DNA of 64,000 bases from Mayamaea pseudoterrestris (lineage: Eukaryota): contig BROI01000023.1 in NCBI GenBank assembly GCA_027923505.1, positions 248,001 to 312,000 on the forward strand, read 5' to 3'. The notes beneath the pieces are model-generated. The model did not search any database. It saw nothing but the letters and a program-made list of their open reading frames with translations, and was not told the DNA's origin. The translations under genes and the position numbers were made by a program. Shown one piece after another: positions 59,025-64,000 of this stretch; positions within the stretch are counted from its first letter, which is position 1, and the number at the start of each line of letters is the position of its first letter.

Positions 59025-61892
59025 TTACCAGTTGTCGTCATCCGAAACGTAGCCTGCAGGAAGATCTTCCTCCTCCTCGGAATCAGAACTAAGGTCGCCC
59101 CATCGGCAGCCCTCCCGTATCGGTCCAAAACGTCTTGGTCTTGTTGGGAGTGGATCACACGTTGACTTGATGGTTTCTTCTGTCACCAGAGGGTTGCTGG
59201 CTGCCACTGCATCTTCTTCTTCCTCGGAATCAGAACTAAGGTCGCCCCATCGGCAGCCCTCCCGTATCGGTCCAAAACGCCTCGGTCTTGTTGGGAGTGG
59301 ATCACCATAGATCCATGGATCACACGTTGACTTGATGGTTTCTTCTGCCACCAGAGGGTTGCTGGCTGCCACTGCATCTGCTTCTTCCTCCTCGGAATCA
59401 GAACTAAGGTCGCCCCATCGGCAGCCCTCACGTATCGGTCCAAAACGTCTTAGTCTTGTTGGGAGCGGATCACCATAGATCCATGGATCACATTGTGACT
59501 TGGCGGCGCTGCAAGCAACTTGCTCGCAGGCGATTGGGACCTCGGTGACCGTAATCAGTCCTTTAGTCGCTGCATTGATGTATGCGCTCGCGCTGGATTG
59601 CGGTTCGCAGATAAGCTCACTCGTTGATTGATGTGTCAGCTGCTGCTTGGAGTTCACATCTTGTGTGACGTTGCTTTCTTGCGCATCCGGATTAGTTAGA
59701 AAGTCAGCAACTGCCTCGTTAGATCCTTGGCCCACGACATCTGCCGGAACCTTTAAGACACTTTCTTTGACACTGTCTTTGCAATGTGCGGGACTTGCCG
59801 CTTGGGCAGCGGGTCGACAATGCATTAGTAACTTGCGGCGCTGACTGCGCTGAAGGCGCTCTAGCAGATTGTTGCTAGCCTTCATATTTTTTGGCTTGGC
59901 AGACGTCGTCGGCGCCATCGTGGTTGTCGCAAGGGAAGGATAATTCTGATCAACAAGCTGGAACGCAGGAGGAACAGGCTGAATAGCTGTCGCAGCAGTG
60001 GCATTGACTCCAGCCAACTTCCTGCCGCGTCGGCCTCTGCGTCCGCGAGTGCGAGTACGCGTTGTAGTTGACGGTTGATCCCCTTCGGTAAGCCGGGAAT
60101 TTTCTTGATAGGCATCTCGCTTGTCTGAATCTTGAGTCGCGGCTTTCGTAAGTGTCTTTTCCTTTTTCGACCTGGCGTGTACCGCTTTCGAATTTGCTTT
60201 CGTAATGGCAATGGCTGACTTTGGAGTGTGTCTAGTAGTAGTGCGAGAATCATGGCTGGTGGACGCAAGAATGGCACCTGGCTCCATGGGCTGATTCTGG
60301 AATGAGTCCATGCTGTCGTCGTCGAAAGCAGTTGTCGCAACTGTTGACAAATCCTCTTTGTTGTCGAATTCGATAACAGCAATGTCCTTCCCGACTTGTT
60401 CCGCAACAAGAATCGGGACGACGGCCAACGTGTTCTTGTCCGTCCCATCCTGTGCAACTTGGCTTGCCGTCTCCGCAATTTGTATCGAAGCAACCGCCGA
60501 AACATCAAAATCGACAACGTCTTGGGTGATGAAATTGTTCTTCGCAACAGTGGAGGCAGGTGAAATCGGAGCGACGGTCAGGTTATCCGACGCGCTCAAC
60601 GATTCCTCGACATCGACCTTTCCAATGCTTTCAGTGGCAGCTGCCAACTTCACGGCAGGAGTCGGAGCAACGGCCGGGGTATCCGACGTGCTCAACGCCT
60701 CCTCCATGGCAAAATGGACTGCCTCGCATTGACCTTCCTTGATGACTTTGTCAGCAAGTGTAGCAGCGGCAGCAGCGACGGCACTTTTATCCCGGTCTTC
60801 GCATTCGTCGGCAGTGGCTTCCGCCGACAATGCGTCAAAGAACTCATCGAGACAATCGTCGTCTGTTTTTAAAGGAGCAGAAGCGGACTCAACCACAAGA
60901 GGAGTCGACGCATGTGCTTGCTCATTCTCGAGTTGAAGCTCTGCCGTTCTGTTTCGGCGAGCCTCGCGGCGCTTGCGGCGGTTTCTGCCATTATTGCTCT
61001 TGGTTTTGCGCGTCGTTGAAGGCATGGCAACGACGGGCGAAGGTGTAGCCGCCGAGCGGCGTCTTCCAAAAATCTTGTGCAACATCCAAAACCAAATGGG
61101 CCATACCATGCCGGATTCCCAAAAGCATTCGATGATGAAGCTGAATCGATCGAACCAGCCAAGCATGACTTCAATCCAACTCTCGGCCTGTTCCTCCTCG
61201 TAGTCAGCGTCATTTTCTTTCTCCACTGCACTTTCGTCCATAACGTTCTCGTCGAATGTTTCTGAATCGCTCTCAACTTCCGCCAATGCGAGCTGATCGT
61301 CAAAGCTATTAATTCTCTTGTTGTTGACAAGGCTGAACTCGTCAGTGAATGTCATTGGCGAGGAATCGAAGGGCGTCTTGTTGTGCATGAAGGTCGAGCT
61401 TCTGAGGAACCAAGCGTCAATGTTGATGAAAGAACTGTCCGTTTCTTCGTACTGATTCATTTGATTGAATGCATTCCAACCATTGTCTTGAGCAAAAGAA
61501 AGAAGCTTCTTGTAGTGCAAGCTTGCGTTGACTGGCATCTTGCTGTACGTGGCGGTCGGGCCCTCATGCTGGTTGAACGCATCCAGGTGAACGAGATCAA
61601 GGTCAATCGTACGATTGACAGCTTCCGAGTCAAGTTCAGTAGACGCTTCTTGCGGCTCCTGAAACAGAGGATTCTTGGCAAACTTGTAGTGCAATGTTGG
61701 ATTGCTGAGAAGAATCGCGTCCTTGGTAGCCTTGGCGAGCTGTTTGGTGCTCTTGACACCAACATGAAAAAGGTCGCCGACAAAGGAAGACTGCTTGAGC
61801 GGACGCTTGCTCTTCTTGGAATCGGTAGCGATTCGGGGACGGCTGGAAAGGGTGGTAGCAACGAGAACGGCAACGGCGCGCGCAAGCTTCAT
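59025..61892 (-). CDS. Large orphan membrane protein with disordered tail and three C-terminal tandem repeats
   Basis: Likely ATG at 61892 (MKLARAVAVLVATTL). It has a Trp-rich membrane segment, RNRRKRR and RGRRGRRGRK clusters, and DPLPTRxRRFGPIREGCRWGDLSSDSEEEE x3. Confidence 0.8.
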   Translation of the reverse strand: MKLARAVAVLVATTLSSRPRIATDSKKSKRPLKQSSFVGDLFHVGVKSTKQLAKATKDAILLSNPTLHYKFAKNPLFQEPQEASTELDSEAVNRTIDLDLVHLDAFNQHEGPTATYSKMPVNASLHYKKLLSFAQDNGWNAFNQMNQYEETDSSFINIDAWFLRSSTFMHNKTPFDSSPMTFTDEFSLVNNKRINSFDDQLALAEVESDSETFDENVMDESAVEKENDADYEEEQAESWIEVMLGWFDRFSFIIECFWESGMVWPIWFWMLHKIFGRRRSAATPSPVVAMPSTTRKTKSNNGRNRRKRREARRNRTAELQLENEQAHASTPLVVESASAPLKTDDDCLDEFFDALSAEATADECEDRDKSAVAAAAATLADKVIKEGQCEAVHFAMEEALSTSDTPAVAPTPAVKLAAATESIGKVDVEESLSASDNLTVAPISPASTVAKNNFITQDVVDFDVSAVASIQIAETASQVAQDGTDKNTLAVVPILVAEQVGKDIAVIEFDNKEDLSTVATTAFDDDSMDSFQNQPMEPGAILASTSHDSRTTTRHTPKSAIAITKANSKAVHARSKKEKTLTKAATQDSDKRDAYQENSRLTEGDQPSTTTRTRTRGRRGRRGRKLAGVNATAATAIQPVPPAFQLVDQNYPSLATTTMAPTTSAKPKNMKASNNLLERLQRSQRRKLLMHCRPAAQAASPAHCKDSVKESVLKVPADVVGQGSNEAVADFLTNPDAQESNVTQDVNSKQQLTHQSTSELICEPQSSASAYINAATKGLITVTEVPIACEQVACSAAKSQCDPWIYGDPLPTRLRRFGPIREGCRWGDLSSDSEEEEADAVAASNPLVAEETIKSTCDPWIYGDPLPTRPRRFGPIREGCRWGDLSSDSEEEEDAVAASNPLVTEETIKSTCDPLPTRPRRFGPIREGCRWGDLSSDSEEEEDLPAGYVSDDDNW
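59060..59492 (-). repeat. Intragenic tandem repeat, 3 copies, periods 147 and 168 bp
   Basis: CGGAATCAGAACTAAGGTCGCC at 59078, 59225 and 59393; all indels are in frame. Confidence 0.92.
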
Positions 61893-62433
61893 GGTAATGA
61901 TGATGGCAAAAGTAGTAGTCGGTAGTCGCAGTGAGTAGTAGGTTGATGTCTGTATCACAACGACAGCGATAATGGCGTAGAGTGATCCCAATTCTCAGAT
62001 TGTGAGCCGATCGAGCAAGCTGCCGCCGTTTTGTGATTGAAAATGCGCGTCTGGGACAGGTCGGAAACCGGTCCGTTTCTTTTGTCGGTCGTGTTCGTCG
62101 TCCGTTTCTCGAGAGGTGCGGTCGAGTGCGTGGGACTCAACCACTCCCAACTTATCATCTTGATCCAATAGATGATACAGTGATTGATTGTCGTGTTCAT
62201 ATATGTCTTTGATGCAGAGATACTCATCTTGTTGGCAAGAAAAAGCTGATTAAAATAATGATCGCAGCGATCTTCTCCATGGTCGACGCTTGCATTACCG
62301 ACAAACTTTCAGTACCGCTACGATGACGTTGCGACATTTCCCGTTGCTTTCATCTCGTCCGCGCGGCCATGATGGGTGGCACTCCGCATCCTCTCAGCCA
62401 ATTCCTACTATCATAAGTCAAACAACAATAAGT

Positions 62434-63255
62434 ATGATGTATCTGCTATCCCTTCTATTGCTGTTGGCGACTACTATTCAGCATGTCTCTGCCGCAGCTT
62501 ACAATAGCTACCAGTATGACCTCACAGTTCCGCAATTCACGCCGGATGGTCGCTTGCTGCAAGTCGAGTATGCAAGCGCCGCAGCCGATCATTCGTCTCC
62601 ACTAGTCATTGCTCGCTTGAATGATGACATGATTGTATTAATGAGCTCAAAATCCGATAACAAGGTTCAGGAGCGTCTCATCATTCTTCCAGAATCGGAC
62701 ACAGTCGTTGCCATTTCTGGAATCCTTGCCGACAGCTTGGCGCTCCTACAAACGGCGCAAAAGGAATCGTTGAATCATCGGCGCATGCATGGAAACTCAT
62801 TGACGGCGACGCAAATAGCCAATGTCGTTTCCAGCGCCTGTCAGAGTCATGCGTTTGGAGGCGGCTTGCGATGCTACGGATCAACCTTGGTGGTTTGTGG
62901 CTGTCAAAGCGACTCTCTTGTCATACTTCAATCAGATCCTTCCGGAGCGCTGCAAGACTTGACGCGACTAAATAAACAGACGACTGTGATTGGAGGGGCA
63001 GCTTATCGAGGAGGATTGGGCATCGTCGTTCAACGAACGTTGGATACGGCAGCCGAACTTGGCGGCTACAAGGATGCAACACCTTTTCAACGCATTGCCA
63101 AGATTATATCCATACTCCAGCAAGAGCATGTCAAGTCATCGAAAAATGCCGAGACGGATGACTTGGTGTTTGAGGTGGCTCTAGTCTCTCGTACAAGAGG
63201 CGCCTACAAGTTGTCGACGGACCAAGTCGAAAAGCTACAATCGTCGTTGTTATGA
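62434..63255 (+). CDS. Divergent 20S proteasome alpha-type subunit with N-terminal signal peptide (periplastid-compartment type)
   Basis: Alpha signature YDLTVPQFTPDGRLLQVEYA, ISGILADS, GGLRCYGSTLVVCG and QSDPSG, preceded by MMYLLSLLLLLATTIQHVSA. Confidence 0.85.
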   Translation: MMYLLSLLLLLATTIQHVSAAAYNSYQYDLTVPQFTPDGRLLQVEYASAAADHSSPLVIARLNDDMIVLMSSKSDNKVQERLIILPESDTVVAISGILADSLALLQTAQKESLNHRRMHGNSLTATQIANVVSSACQSHAFGGGLRCYGSTLVVCGCQSDSLVILQSDPSGALQDLTRLNKQTTVIGGAAYRGGLGIVVQRTLDTAAELGGYKDATPFQRIAKIISILQQEHVKSSKNAETDDLVFEVALVSRTRGAYKLSTDQVEKLQSSLL

Positions 63256-63690
63256 ATGATGAACTTAAATGTTGATGGACGTTGCTTCATATGATTCGGT
63301 TAGGTTTCTGCACTGCTTGGAGGCTTCATTCTCTGCGCCATTTGTCCATTCTCCACAATCCGACATCCAAAGAGCGACGATGACACGGCAACTGACCATG
63401 AAAGTCGTGCTACCGGTAGAGGTTTCTCCGCGGAAGATGTTTCACTAACAATGGAAGATGGTGGGACTCAAGATGCATAACATATACTGTATAAAGTAGC
63501 AAGCATGTACACGTTAATCTGTAGAAGGTTACTGGTGATCATTGTCGTCTGCGTTGGGCCGTCGCATCGCCGTCGCAACAACGACGAGCATTGGGTTTTC
63601 AAACGGGTCATTAGTGGTCAATTCAGCCAATCAGAGTAATGAATTTGGTTGGGCCCATTTTCACAGAAAGTGGCGTACTCTTTGTACCAC

Positions 63691-63781
63691 AGTGCCAATA
63701 ACTTTGAAAATCAAAGTTTTTGGCACTACTGTTTGGTCGATAGTGCCAATAACTGTGAAATAACTCCAAGTTATTGGCAGT
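63691..63781. repeat. Two tandem palindromes sharing the arm AGTGCCAATAACT
   Basis: 63691-63727 has 17-bp arms with 1 mismatch and a 3-nt loop. 63742-63781 has the arms TGCCAATAACT...AGTTATTGGCA. Confidence 0.85.
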
Positions 63782-64000
63782 ACTCATTAAGCCACAGTAA
63801 AACGTGAACCGGAACGACACTTTGTGCGTCAGTCGGCAGCGGTCGATCCATCCATCGTTTTCGTCGCGTGCGTTTCTGGATCACCACCATGAGTATAAAG
63901 AACACAAAGATTGGATGCAATGGTCGGATTCAAGCGAGCGAGGACGTTAATAGGCCTGTTTCTGGCAGGATGGACGGTAAACGCGGCGAAAGGCTTTTGT

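Noticed and set aside
59225..59393. Numerical coincidence of 168 bp (satellite monomer, intragenic repeat period, 4 x 42 bp)
   Set aside because: There is no convincing sequence similarity among the three repeat types.

Overview
This is eukaryotic nuclear DNA, most likely from a diatom or related ochrophyte. The evidence is short GT-AG introns, several signal-peptide + Phe bipartite plastid presequences, a helicase-associated (HA) domain gene and a signal-peptide-bearing proteasome alpha subunit; the taxon call is an inference. After a truncated globin and a peptidase S51-like gene, about 14.5 kb is satellite DNA. An older ~175-bp satellite abuts a ~13.3-kb array of a 168-bp monomer, which shows higher-order block duplications, shared variants at both edges and CpG-decay variation. 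The long ORFs called inside it are judged non-coding. The rest is gene-dense: BTB, 2OG-Fe(II) oxygenase, EDR2-C/DUF1336, a poly(A) polymerase paralog lacking its first catalytic Asp, MYND, TM9SF, ispD, NDUFS8, HA-domain, plastid repeat proteins and three orphan membrane proteins, plus a decayed zone at 31-41 kb. The most distinctive unexplained element is a 42-bp phased repeat family (conserved ~21-bp core TTTTCACTGGCACTCGTTTCA plus a variable half often carrying TGACGT), found as three separate intergenic arrays. All calls were made by eye; no database searches were run.
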